A stretch of 61,788 nt of DNA, filler included, from Choristocarpus tenellus KU-1152 (taxonomy: Eukaryota > Protista > Phaeophyceae), in the NCBI GenBank assembly GCA_964200185.2. It is 10 parts of 10 records of this genome, joined end to end, with 100 filler letters (N's around TTAATTAATTAA, not from the genome) between each part and the next. Parts side by side here need not be neighbours in the genome. Positions count along the whole stretch, not along the records: positions 49,264 to 53,366 come from CAXNAD020016192.1; positions 53,467 to 56,238 come from CAXNAD020024884.1; positions 56,339 to 58,988 come from CAXNAD020025957.1; positions 59,089 to 61,788 come from CAXNAD020025527.1; 6 more parts are not named here. One strand, 5' to 3'. Numbering within the stretch: the first letter of the stretch is position 1; each line of letters starts with the position of its first letter. The position numbers were made by a program, and so were the translations under genes. This document shows positions 51,788-61,788 of the stretch, piece by piece. The notes under the pieces were generated by a model. The model ran no database searches, was not told where the DNA came from, and saw only the letters and a list, made by a program, of their open reading frames with translations.

Positions 51788-51871
51788 ATGGTAGGGACTG
51801 GATGGTTGCCTTGGTTTAACGGGAACTACAGGTACTTCAAAATACCACAAAGCACCTTTTGTACTAACAGG

Positions 51872-52858
51872 ATGGTGGAAGACTGCTCCACACTGCTCGA
51901 AGGCGATGAAACAGCGAAGCCCGTATGCCTAGATGACTGCATCAATATAGTCTCGCGAAGATTCATCGCCATCGCCATCCTGTGAGACATCTCGGTTAGA
52001 TCAACCCAGTTGGTTGTGTACGTACATCTACAGATCCTCTGGAGACTTCAATATCCGTTTCCTAAATATCAGTAAGTAATTGTTACTGTAACTGGTCCGG
52101 GTACAGTCCCTCTCCTACCACGAATAGCTTCGGGTCGTGCTTCATTAACATGTTTGTGCTGCCTAAATTCATCATTTTTGGCATTCGATTCGGTTTCTGG
52201 GCTGAGATTTTGTGTGTGTGAGGTCAAATTGTGCTCTCACAACTTGATGTATCATCGTTTTTCTGTATGGTTGTAAAGAGAATGCATCGAATGTGACAAT
52301 AAATGAGCGTCATCGAAACATTCGTGAGGGTTACCTAGGTTGATTTGACAATGTAGAACATCGTGGGGGCAAGGGAAAACAAGCCGAAAACACGAAAATA
52401 TTGCAGCAGTTCTGATAGATAAAATTCGGTGACTTGATAGCCGATCGGTTTATGTTCAGTCTTCTCCTTGAAGCGTGTCCAGATACCACAGGAGTGCATC
52501 AACTTGCCATAGCCTCCACACCCAACGGCACTGGTTTATGATCTTGCACTGACTCTCACATAAAATTCATCCTCATTATTGTTGGATGCTACCTAGCTAA
52601 GGGTGGAAGTTTGTTGACCCTGTTGTTACTAGTGCATGGTCAAGAATGCCTTGCCTCACACCCTCTTGTTAACGTGTTATTGTGCTTCAAATCCTCATAC
52701 ATTGTACCTCGTGCCTCCTGCCATCCCTCTTTTGCTCTCCTTGTTAAGGCCGCTGGCCCTCGGCAATGCTGCTGATGCGGTTGAGATCCTAAGCGCTGGG
52801 TACATCATGTCCGTTTTTAAGGACCAAGATGGGAATGGGCTCACCAGCACCGAGAAAC
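51872..52858 (+). CDS. 5' exons (51872-51981, 52749-52858) of an SV2/SVOP-like MFS transporter; start may be 51788; rest off-contig
   Basis: Phase-2 join gives DDCINIVSRRFIAIAILPLALGNAADAVEILSAGYIM, typical of TM1 of SV2-like MFS carriers. Confidence 0.7.
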
Positions 52859-53466
52859 GTGCGATTACAAAAATGTAGGAGGGGGCGGGGGCGGGGGGGG
52901 GAACTTCCCTTTCGCCCACTTGTACGATTGTGCTCAGCCCAAAACATACCTAAGTCCTATGATGAAAACAGGATCTGGTAGTCTATGGAAGTTTTCCAGG
53001 CATATGGACCTTTCCACTCACATCCAGACCTGCAATGTATTGCTTGTAACAACCCATCGAATAACTGCTCCCTCCTAACATATGTCCATGGAATCCTCCC
53101 TCTCTTCTAGTTCTCTTGAACATTTAGTACTTTTCAGTGCTTTGTGCTGGTACCTGTCCTAGACACAAAAATGATGTAGGTGAGACCTTAACCTTGTGTA
53201 TGGCCCGGTGGTCTCTCCTCATGAGTTGGGGGCGCAGTTTCTCATCGTGGTGATTGATGGTGGAGTTCACACCCATACCCTCCCCCCCCCCCCACCTATC
53301 CTCACATGCACCCTCCTGATTTGATCACCCTCTATTGCCTCCCTGTTTGGTCCGATACCCCTACCCNNNNNNNNNNNNNNNNNNNNNNNNNNNNNNNNNN
53401 NNNNNNNNNNTTAATTAATTAANNNNNNNNNNNNNNNNNNNNNNNNNNNNNNNNNNNNNNNNNNNN

Positions 53467-54069
53467 GGTCTTACAGTATACTGGAACCTCCGTGTAGGAG
53501 GTTCACCAGAAGACAGCTGGGTGAAGAGCTGTAGGCCTCTTACACAGAGGTTCCAGTATACTACAAGACCCTGCGGAACCAGCACAATTTCAAGGGACTC
53601 CTTCACGGTCGCGTCAACCATGTCCCCAATATCACGAGCTACAGGGCTTTTCGCGTTGAAAAAGGCGGTGATGGGTGGGTGAAGGTTAGCGTAAAGCGAT
53701 ACATGCAAAACACAGAATGGAGTGGGATAGCCGGAGACCTTGCTATGGACCCCAACGCCCATCCGCACAACCTCTTCATCGGCCACCCGCCTCGTATCCA
53801 AGATACACCACCCTACCAGCTCAAGAGCATTCCCAAAGACGTCATCCTGAAGGTGGAGCAGCGGTAACAGGACCAACAGGACCGCGAAGGAGTCCCTTGA
53901 AATGGCCCTCGTTCCGGAGGGGGTTGTATACTGGAACCTCCGTGTAGGAGGTTCACCAGAACACAGCTGGTGAAGAGCTGCAGGCCTCCTACACGGAGGT
54001 TCCAGTATACTACAACACCCTGCGGAACGAGGGCAATTTCAAGGGACTCCTTCACAGTCGTGTCAACCG
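53467..54069. repeat. ~450-bp-spaced direct duplication, each copy carrying a long inverted repeat; overlaps a transposase-like fragment (53560-53867, +)
   Basis: 53477-53620 is nearly identical to 53927-54069. Perfect 26-bp stem GTATACTGGAACCTCCGTGTAGGAGG/CCTCCTACACGGAGGTTCCAGTATAC in copy 2. Confidence 0.85.
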
Positions 54070-54674
54070 TGTATGTTTTTCCCTTTTATTCCACGTGAGA
54101 ACCTGAAGGTGAAATGCAAGCAAGTTAATTTCGAGGCGGGGGCAAAAGAAGCGAAGTGGATAAGCAGGATATACATGCAGGCATATGCTCTAATATATGT
54201 ATATAGAAAAATCAATATAAAATTGGGTGATCGTGAAACAGGTGGAAACAGTCCACAGTTTCTTCGTAATGAAGGGGAGCGGGAAGACCCACAGGAGGAC
54301 AGATCAAAGAGGGAGATCAATCAGAAGTGAACTCAGGAAATGAGTCAAGCAAGAAAAAGTGAAGGAAGGGGGATTTGGAGGGCACTCCATGTAACCCAAT
54401 CTTCAACATGCAAAAAAAACAAAAGCAACATGAATATCCTGATGTTTAAGATGGGTCACCTTCAGGTTATACCTTCTGTGGAATGTGGCTCTCACATCAC
54501 CCCCCTTATGTGGTTCGATGCAGGTGTCAATGGGAAATGGAGGAAATATGAGTGCAGAATAACTGACATGAGCACTGAAAAGAACATAAATAGTCTCTCA
54601 CAAAAAAATACTCTCTGGCAAGACAGTTGTGTACACAAAAAAATTATCTGCAAATTAGCAAAAAATGTAGCGTA

Positions 54675-56238
54675 AGAAGTGTTTTTCGTGAGGACATTAG
54701 TAATTTGTACTACCCCTGACCCATCATCAGAATCCCACGTTGTAACTGTCCGAGCAACAGCAATAAATTTCCAAGGATCATTAATATTTAATGAATCAAT
54801 ATCATGAAATGAACAGACACGTGGTTCTACAACAGCATCACAAGTTACAGAGGGGTTTTCCTGAAGTACAGCAGATACAGGCGTTTCAGATTCTTGTGGA
54901 ATGGAAAGTTTCTCCTTCAAACGAAATGGTGTAGAAGGAACTTTTGCTTGTATAGCTGCTATTTGAAGAGGGGATGACATATCAAAAGAAGGGGTAGTAC
55001 GACAAATGGCAGGTATGACAGTTGTACTCTTTTGGAATGATAACCTTGGAGTTTTCCAGTCATACGTCACTCCAAAAGCATCAAGAATAGTGTTATCAAA
55101 TAGAACATCATCAGGTCCAAAAGTGGGCAACACTAAAACTTCAAGTGGGAATGTATTACCTAATTCAAGAGAAAACCTGATAAATCCCATGGCCAAAACA
55201 CTGCCATCTGCAGAACAAAGATTGATTGCACCTGGTGAAATTGGTTCATTATGGGAATTCTGGATCAAAGAGTGGGAACTTAAAAATTTGTCAGCAATAC
55301 ATGGTATATCCCTCGCAATGTCCAAGGTCAATGTGGCTGATTCAGAATTAATTTTTCCCTCGACACCTGTACGTTTAGACTATGAACTTACACACAAAGA
55401 AAGAGATGTGTACTGTGACAATGCACTTGAGTGTCATGAAAAAAAGGAGTTTCACTATTAGAATTCTGATCAGCACTCAAGGGAAAAATTGGACATGAAG
55501 CATGTTTATTCTGGATATGTTGACGAATAAACTTTGCTTGTGGAGCTAATGCTAAAATGGACGAATCGTGTTTCGCTCGTTTTACAACCCTGTCAACTCT
55601 TATACTAGACTCGACTTCGGATCCAAAAGAACTATAGGGTGTATTGTCTTTTGGGCCCCATCAATGTTCTGTTTTTCTTCCTCCCAAATTCGGACCGGCA
55701 TTCCTGGCATATCGACGTGATCTTTACACCATGCCCAATCATGATTTCAAATTTCTTCCAGCAAAAGGGGTTCTCACAGATAGCACGGTGTGACGCACGA
55801 TCATCCTGTCAACGTTTCGCTCCTTTTTGGCGACCACGTGAAGAGGGGGTCGAAGGGGGCGTCGAAGAGGCTTGATTGTTGCTTGAACGTCCAATGAAAT
55901 GTCGACTAACATTTCGAACTTCTCATTCAAGTCGCTTATGGGGCCTGTAGTGCCGCAATTTTTAGCCGAAGGGAACGTAGACTGTGCGGAACGACCGGCG
56001 GAAATAACAGAAGCAGCAGTCGGAACAGTCAGCGGAACCGAAGGAACAGAGGGGCAAGTGCGTGGTATGTCTTTTTCCCGTTAGATTGTTGGCGTCATGA
56101 CGTCTAGCGCGATTGATAGCTTCAGATAATGTAGAAGCGAAATCTTCACTGAACTGTTTCTGTGCAAATTACCTTGGGAGGTAATGCTATTTCTCAGTAG
56201 TGAAGATAAGAGAGTGTGAAGCCTCACACGACCCCCTT
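54675..56238 (-). mobile_element. Degenerate Ty3/Gypsy-like LTR retrotransposon gag/protease region
   Basis: Retropepsin-like LDIARDIPCI...LCSADGSVLAMGFIRFSLELG..FPLEVLVLP...VLFDNTILDAFG. Frameshifted Zn-knuckle-like CENPFC...HDWAWC upstream. Confidence 0.65.
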
Positions 56239-56652
56239 NNNNNNNNNNNNNNNNNNNNNNNNNNNNNNNNNNNNNNNNNNNNTTAATTAATTAANNNNNN
56301 NNNNNNNNNNNNNNNNNNNNNNNNNNNNNNNNNNNNNNTGGGGTTTGTTTAGTTTGTAAGTTACGTTTTTATGCTCAAAAGCCATGTTTTTTTTTTTTTC
56401 CTCTTCCTTCCCCCCCCCCCCCCCCCACTCCTCCCCCACCCCATACATCGTAATAGCATTGATGTCTTCAATGCGCCAGTATGCACCACCACAACTCTGC
56501 CCACTTATACCCATTCCAACTCACAACCTCACAACGATCTCAAGACCAACTCCACTCTGAACTGAACCTCAACATCCTACAATTCATTCCAACCACTTGT
56601 AAGGTATCGTCTCTCCCGCCATGTTCTACGTTACACCTCTGCCCCTGCCCAG

Positions 56653-58017
56653 CAAGGAATGGGATCGCCTAGGGCCATGATGGGAAATCCTGCGCTTTTG
56701 CCAGAATCGGGTCTGACGGGGAGAGGGGGCACAGGACTGAAGCACAAGGAAGGCCCTCCACCAGCGGGTCTTGAGGCCGGTGCCCCTAAGTACGTTGCTG
56801 CCTTGGATGGGGCTCTCCCGAAGGCCATGCTAAAGCATCTGCAGGTGTGAACCATGACCCTCGGTGGATTATTTTTGCTTCCAGGTGTGTGCTCATGCTC
56901 GCTACGCATGTGTATGCTCTACAGACATTCGTGTATTGTTGTGGGTCAATAGGATGCACAACACCTTCCCAATGTAGTGGAAACCCTCTCTCATCTTCTT
57001 TGTGGAAGTTTTTTTTTTTTGCTGACGTCAGGACCTTCCTCAGCATGACCTGTAGCTAACCTTGATCTAAGAAAAAGAAAAAAAAAGAAAGCATCATTCT
57101 GTCTAGCGGCACATAGAGTACTTTGATTTCTCCATCTCACATATTTTTATGTATTTAGGTGAATATAAATTAATATATATATATATATCAATGTACCTGC
57201 TAACTAAGGGAGGAGAAAGGGATGGGAAGGCGGTGCTGCTGAGAACCGTTGGAGTAGCTACATACATAGCGGTAATTGTTTTCCTTGTGAAGTGTTACAA
57301 AGTGTGTCGGTTTATACTTAATGTTTATAGTCGTCTTACGTACTCCTGGACCATTTCACAACCAAGACAATGCTCTAGGACAGGGTAACCCGGCCAAGTA
57401 ATAAGAACCTCTCAGGTGAGTAATATTTATGGATGTATGAAATTAATTATTGGGCTGTAGTAATAGCATCACCCCGTCAACAATTTCAAGTCTACAAGCA
57501 GTGAACGCAAGACTATGCAACAAAAAATGTTAATCAAATAAATGAATAGGACAGGAATAAAAACCATTTACAAAAAAAAAAAACTCTTCAAGAGTTGTGG
57601 AGCATCTTTCGAGGTGATATTTATTTTTTCTTCTCTTATTAACTTCACTTAATTAATGGTTGTTTACTCCTTTGTACTCACAAGTGCTGGATAGAGTTCT
57701 TGGGAGCGAGCGGCCTGCGTCGCCGGTACACTCGAGAGTAATAACTGCAGTGCTCCAGAGTGCTACGTAGCGGGCTGCCGTGTTATGGCTCCAGGAAGAA
57801 TTCATTGTCTTTGAAATAGATGCACAGATAGCAAAATGGACCAACGCTTACCACAAGTCGTCTACAATGATGGCCCAATGCAATTCCAAAGGATGCCTTC
57901 GGGGTCAACTCTAGTTTTTGGACCGAGCATGGGTATAACTGCGCCACAGGAGTAGGCCCAGGCTACTTCAGCTACATCCACAGTCTAGCGAAACCTGCGA
58001 GTACCAGCATTGAGCAG
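56653..58017 (+). CDS. Two internal exons (56653-56844, 57892-58017) of an uncharacterised protein, possibly a 2OG-Fe(II) oxygenase
   Basis: Phase-0 join gives KYVAALDGALPKAMLKHLQ|DAFGVNSSFWTEHGY...GYFSYIHSL..SIEQ. The family call rests on my recall of the FW.EH.Y...YFSY pattern; catalytic residues are not visible here. Confidence 0.55.
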
Positions 58018-59088
58018 GTGCAGTGTGCTCCATTCTGGAGGGAGTTGATAACTATCGGGCTGGCGTGCATTGACATCAAATGCCGCTTTGGGGGGGGGGG
58101 GGGGGGGCGGGATTGGGGGGGGGGGGGGGGAGGGGGGGGGAGGGGGGGGGGGGGGTTGTAATATGTGGGTTGCGGTGTTAGGGAGGGGCAGGTTAACTTT
58201 TGGTCGATGGTTTTAAGGTTGGGGGAGCGGGCAAGGGTGAGATTTCAATGCCAGACAGAAGCAAAAGAGGATATGTTGTGTTGGGAGGGACACGATTAAG
58301 TGGCTGGTTCCAGGCATTGTGATGATCTCTTTTTTTTCTGGTGTTGGGACCGCAGGATGAACGTGAAAAGACCTAACCCTAACCCTAACTATCACACTCG
58401 TGTCCTGTTGCTCTAGGTTTAAAATTTGGAGTACCTCTTGTAGAATACTTATTTTCCGTTCCACATCAGTTTAAACAGTTTGCGAGGCAGGCTATAATTC
58501 AAATGCACAAGACGGCGTTGATTTTTATTTTTTGAGGGGGGGAGGGGGTGGGGGGGCGGGGGGGGTGGGTGTTCTTGTAGAGCCCATTATGAGGTATACC
58601 CTAATTTCCCATCAAATATCCAACTTGAACTACCTGTTCTATGTCGCCCACGACTAAGTCGCAAGGAACGCCTTCCTGAATTGATATTTTCCCATAAACT
58701 GTTTGAACTTGTGCTGTAAAAGAGGAAGTACACTCCGAGCTGGGTTTTTGTTTTTTTTTAGTCTGGAATACTATTGGGTCTGGCAGGTTCAGAGTCAAAG
58801 TCCAGAGTTCGAATGATGCAGTATGATGGTGGTTCAGCACAAACATCTCAAGGAGAGTTGCACAACCAGCAGGCAGTCGATTGCTTGCAGAGATGTTGGG
58901 AGGGAAGGGTTGGAGGGGAGGAAGGGGAGGCAGGGGGGGGGGATGGTGCATGTGTCGAGAGATGTAGTGGAACCGTTTCCTATTATTTNNNNNNNNNNNN
59001 NNNNNNNNNNNNNNNNNNNNNNNNNNNNNNNNTTAATTAATTAANNNNNNNNNNNNNNNNNNNNNNNNNNNNNNNNNNNNNNNNNNNN

Positions 59089-59256
59089 GGGGGGGGGGGG
59101 GTTCTACACCAGGGTTTCCATTCAGTCCCTGACCAGGAAAAGTGCACTTATATTATTCATCCAACACATCCAACCAAATCACTCAAAAATCATGACATGA
59201 AAAGATGGGCCCCAAATGGACAGCCACCACCCCCCGCCCCCCCAGATACCTTGAGC
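59089..59256 (+). mobile_element. MITE family B copy (left end lost at contig break)
   Basis: Matches window positions 30-185 (caggaaaa.tgcactt, aaccaaatcac.caaaaatc..gacatgaaaa, ccaaatgga). Ends cccccccagataccttgagc. Confidence 0.65.
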
Positions 59257-60119
59257 GTATTCTTTTGTACAATTGCAGAAAGAGTCTTTGCTGAGTTGTG
59301 GTGACTCTTTGTGTGTGTTAAGAGGGAGTATCAATTTTGTGTACACTATTTTCCACAAAAAGCAATGAAATAGAGCGTACTGCACAGGGTAAGAAAGATG
59401 GGTTAGAATGCAAGAGGATCCAAACCTGCCTACCACTCGATTGGTTTGGCTCAGATAGCAACCGCTGCTTCATGCTCTAAACATGCCTTTAAATATTCGG
59501 CAGGTTCAGTGACATCTTGTATCGCAACTTGCCATGTTGTAAGAATTACAAACTTCAGAATGTTCGCCAGAGCCCATCATGATCCCTTGGTAAGAGGACA
59601 CTATGATCAGACAACTTGAGGGGGTGAATATGTCTTTCGTTGAAATATTCTCTGGCTTCAAATAACCCTAAGCAGATGCTCAAGAGTGATGAAGGCAGCA
59701 ACACACACACACACTGTCACCACTTCCCCCTCTCTCTCACACCTATCTATCTATAGCTCCCCATGCCTATTCTCCCTTATACTTCAAAATACATGGCTCT
59801 ATTAATACCATGAAAGTATTCTTTCTTTGCGCCATCCAAAATGAAAAAAAAAAGATACTCTGGCACCATTCCAAAAAAAAAAGATACTCCCTCAAAAACG
59901 TTCGAGCCGAAAATATGGACAAGGACAAAGAGCCGGGCATGGAGTGAGCGGCTAACTGCTGTTAAGGCACGGAAGGCGTTGCGTGACGCGCAGAGGGATA
60001 ACATGTTGGCTGAGAAGATGAGTAAAGGTGAAGCCAAGGTGAGGAATAGACAAGGCAACACTGGGGAACTGGAAGGGGGAGGGACTCAGCCTCTCGCAAC
60101 TGGAGGAAATGTTTTTTAT

Positions 60120-60378
60120 GAGCCAAAGTATCTTAGAGGGTAGAGCCGGGTTCATTTGGGGGTCAAAATCCAATATTGCGATTTTGATGTAATTTTGGCT
60201 ATCATGTTTGTTAGGTAGTGTCAATATCCATGTTCCGGACACACCTTTTCACAACATACACATTTTACCTACTCCTAAACCTTTTGGAGTAGGAAGATGT
60301 CATAAAACAACCCATGGGAAGCCAAGCCCCAAATGGACAAACAGGACAAAACCCGTACCCTCTAAGCTACTTTCACTC
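60120..60378 (+). mobile_element. MITE family A copy 3, TSD TTAT
   Basis: Same TIRs and internal hairpin; TTAT on both flanks. Confidence 0.9.
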
Positions 60379-61004
60379 TTATTTATTTCTAGAGCACAGT
60401 GAAATATTGAGGAGAAATGTGTCTGGATTTTGGTACATTGTTGGTCACAACTAAAAGCAAAAGGCAATGTTCTCAGCCATCTTCCACGGCACTCTCGGTC
60501 AGAAACGGTTACATTTTTTGGTCAGTCCCAGGGGGGGTTCAAGAACAAAGTGGTTGGGCAAAACAAATTACATTGCTGGTCGCATGACATACTCTGTCAA
60601 GGATCAGTATCATTTGATGCCACTCAAAAATTTGACATTGGCCGATTATTGAGACTGTGTCAAAGACCGTGCAAATCTGTACTGCATTCATAGTGTGCTA
60701 CTTTGTTCTAGGTACCATTGGGATAACGGATATTTCTTTGTTTTTTACCAATATACTGGCACAATGACCAGTGGAGGTTCTACCCATTCTAATTTATTCT
60801 ATAGTCCTTCCTCCTTGGTGGAAGGGCTTGTGGGTCTACTATGCCGCAGGATAAATAATATCCCTTCAAATGTCTGAAAACATTGCCGCTTTGTGGATAA
60901 CATGTTCAGAAATAGTGCGACCGGCCCACAAAGTCTTCATCGCGCACTGAACCCTGCTTTACAATTGATGGGTGTACCAATGCAATAAATAGGGCATGCT
61001 GTAG

Positions 61005-61266
61005 GAGTGAAAGAATCTTAGAGGGTACAAGTTTTGCTCTGTTTGTTCATTTGGGACTTGGCTTCCCATGGGGTTTTTTATGACATTTTCCTACTCCAAA
61101 ATCTGTCGGAGTAGGGAAAGTGTATACACCATGAAAGGTGTGTTCAGAATATGGATATTGACACTTCCTAACAAACACGATAGCGAAAATTACATCAAAA
61201 TCTTAACTTTGGATTTTGGCCCCCAAATGGACGCGGCTCTACCCTAACCCTAAGATACGTTGGCTC
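61005..61266 (-). mobile_element. MITE family A copy 4 (reverse), degenerate TSD GTAG/GTTG
   Basis: Reverse complement of copies 1-3. Confidence 0.8.
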
Positions 61267-61788
61267 GTTGATTGTGAAAAAAAAAAATCAAACGTCATGA
61301 CTCTGATTCTAGGTGTTCAAAGTGAGGAGTAAGTTTTTTTAATGACAAAGCACTCAATACCCTCTTTCCCAAAGGGTAGGTTGATTGTTTTGTTAAAGGA
61401 TGCCTCTACCAGTCCTAACAGGACAGGTGTGGTATTTCACCCTTATAGGGAAACTCATTCACACCCCTCACAGAATTATCATCTAAAAGGTTTCACTGCT
61501 CAGTCTTTTGGACTATCAAGTGATACAACTGTAATACCGTTTGGAAAAGTGTACAAGCTGCATGGGGGTCCAAGTCATCGCCAAGGCTAACGAATGATCA
61601 GATTACTGGGGTATCAGTTGCATTGCCAGGTTTCAAATAGTCTTGTTTATCCCAGAAGCCCCGTTGCAAGGTCTGCTGCTGCCATCTGCATTGCACACCA
61701 AAATGCTACCAGTCACTAGCACCAGACCCAAAGTATCTGGGAGGGGGGTGAGGTCTAAGCCAGGGTGTTCATTTGGACCAAAATCAGC

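Noticed and set aside
19138-59088. Regularly recurring TTAATTAATTAA palindrome flanked by Ns
   Set aside because: Artificial six-frame-stop linker used to concatenate contigs. It is not biological, and cross-spacer neighbourhoods cannot be read as a gene cluster.
59841-60143. Lys/Arg-rich 100-aa ORF
   Set aside because: Its end is supplied by the inserted MITE and there is no identifiable domain; may be a TE remnant.

Overview
Eukaryotic, intron-rich genomic DNA from a photosynthetic stramenopile. It is most likely a brown alga; this is inferred from a signal peptide + 'AQG|F' plastid-targeting leader, long GT-AG introns and TTAGGG repeats. The window is not continuous: it is 10 contigs joined by nine artificial 100-bp spacers (N44-TTAATTAATTAA-N44), so gene order across spacers means nothing. 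Exons were spliced by hand with phase checks. Genes found: a complete single-RRM CELF/Bruno-like gene (-), the 3' ~900 codons of RME-8/DNAJC13 with an unexpected C-terminal PDZ domain (+), a convergent uncharacterised gene (-), a bestrophin-like exon, a plastid-targeted putative methyltransferase, a divergent DDRGK1 last exon, a complete ERGIC3/Erv46-like gene head-to-head with an SV2-like MFS gene, and two exons of a putative 2OG-Fe(II) oxygenase. The rest is transposon debris: CRE-clade non-LTR remnants with a stem-loop/(TAA)n 3' tail, a ~258-bp Sola2-like MITE (4 copies, 4-bp TSDs, nested insertions), a second MITE family with a related TIR, a foldback element, a Tc1/IS630 remnant, a Ty3/Gypsy gag-protease remnant, a tRNA-derived SINE head and a ~180-nt hairpin. 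No new biological system is proven. The best leads are the RME-8-PDZ fusion, possible poison-exon/NMD autoregulation of the CELF-like gene, the duplicated long hairpin and the plastid-targeted DOT1-like methyltransferase. Family assignments come from motif recognition, not database searches.
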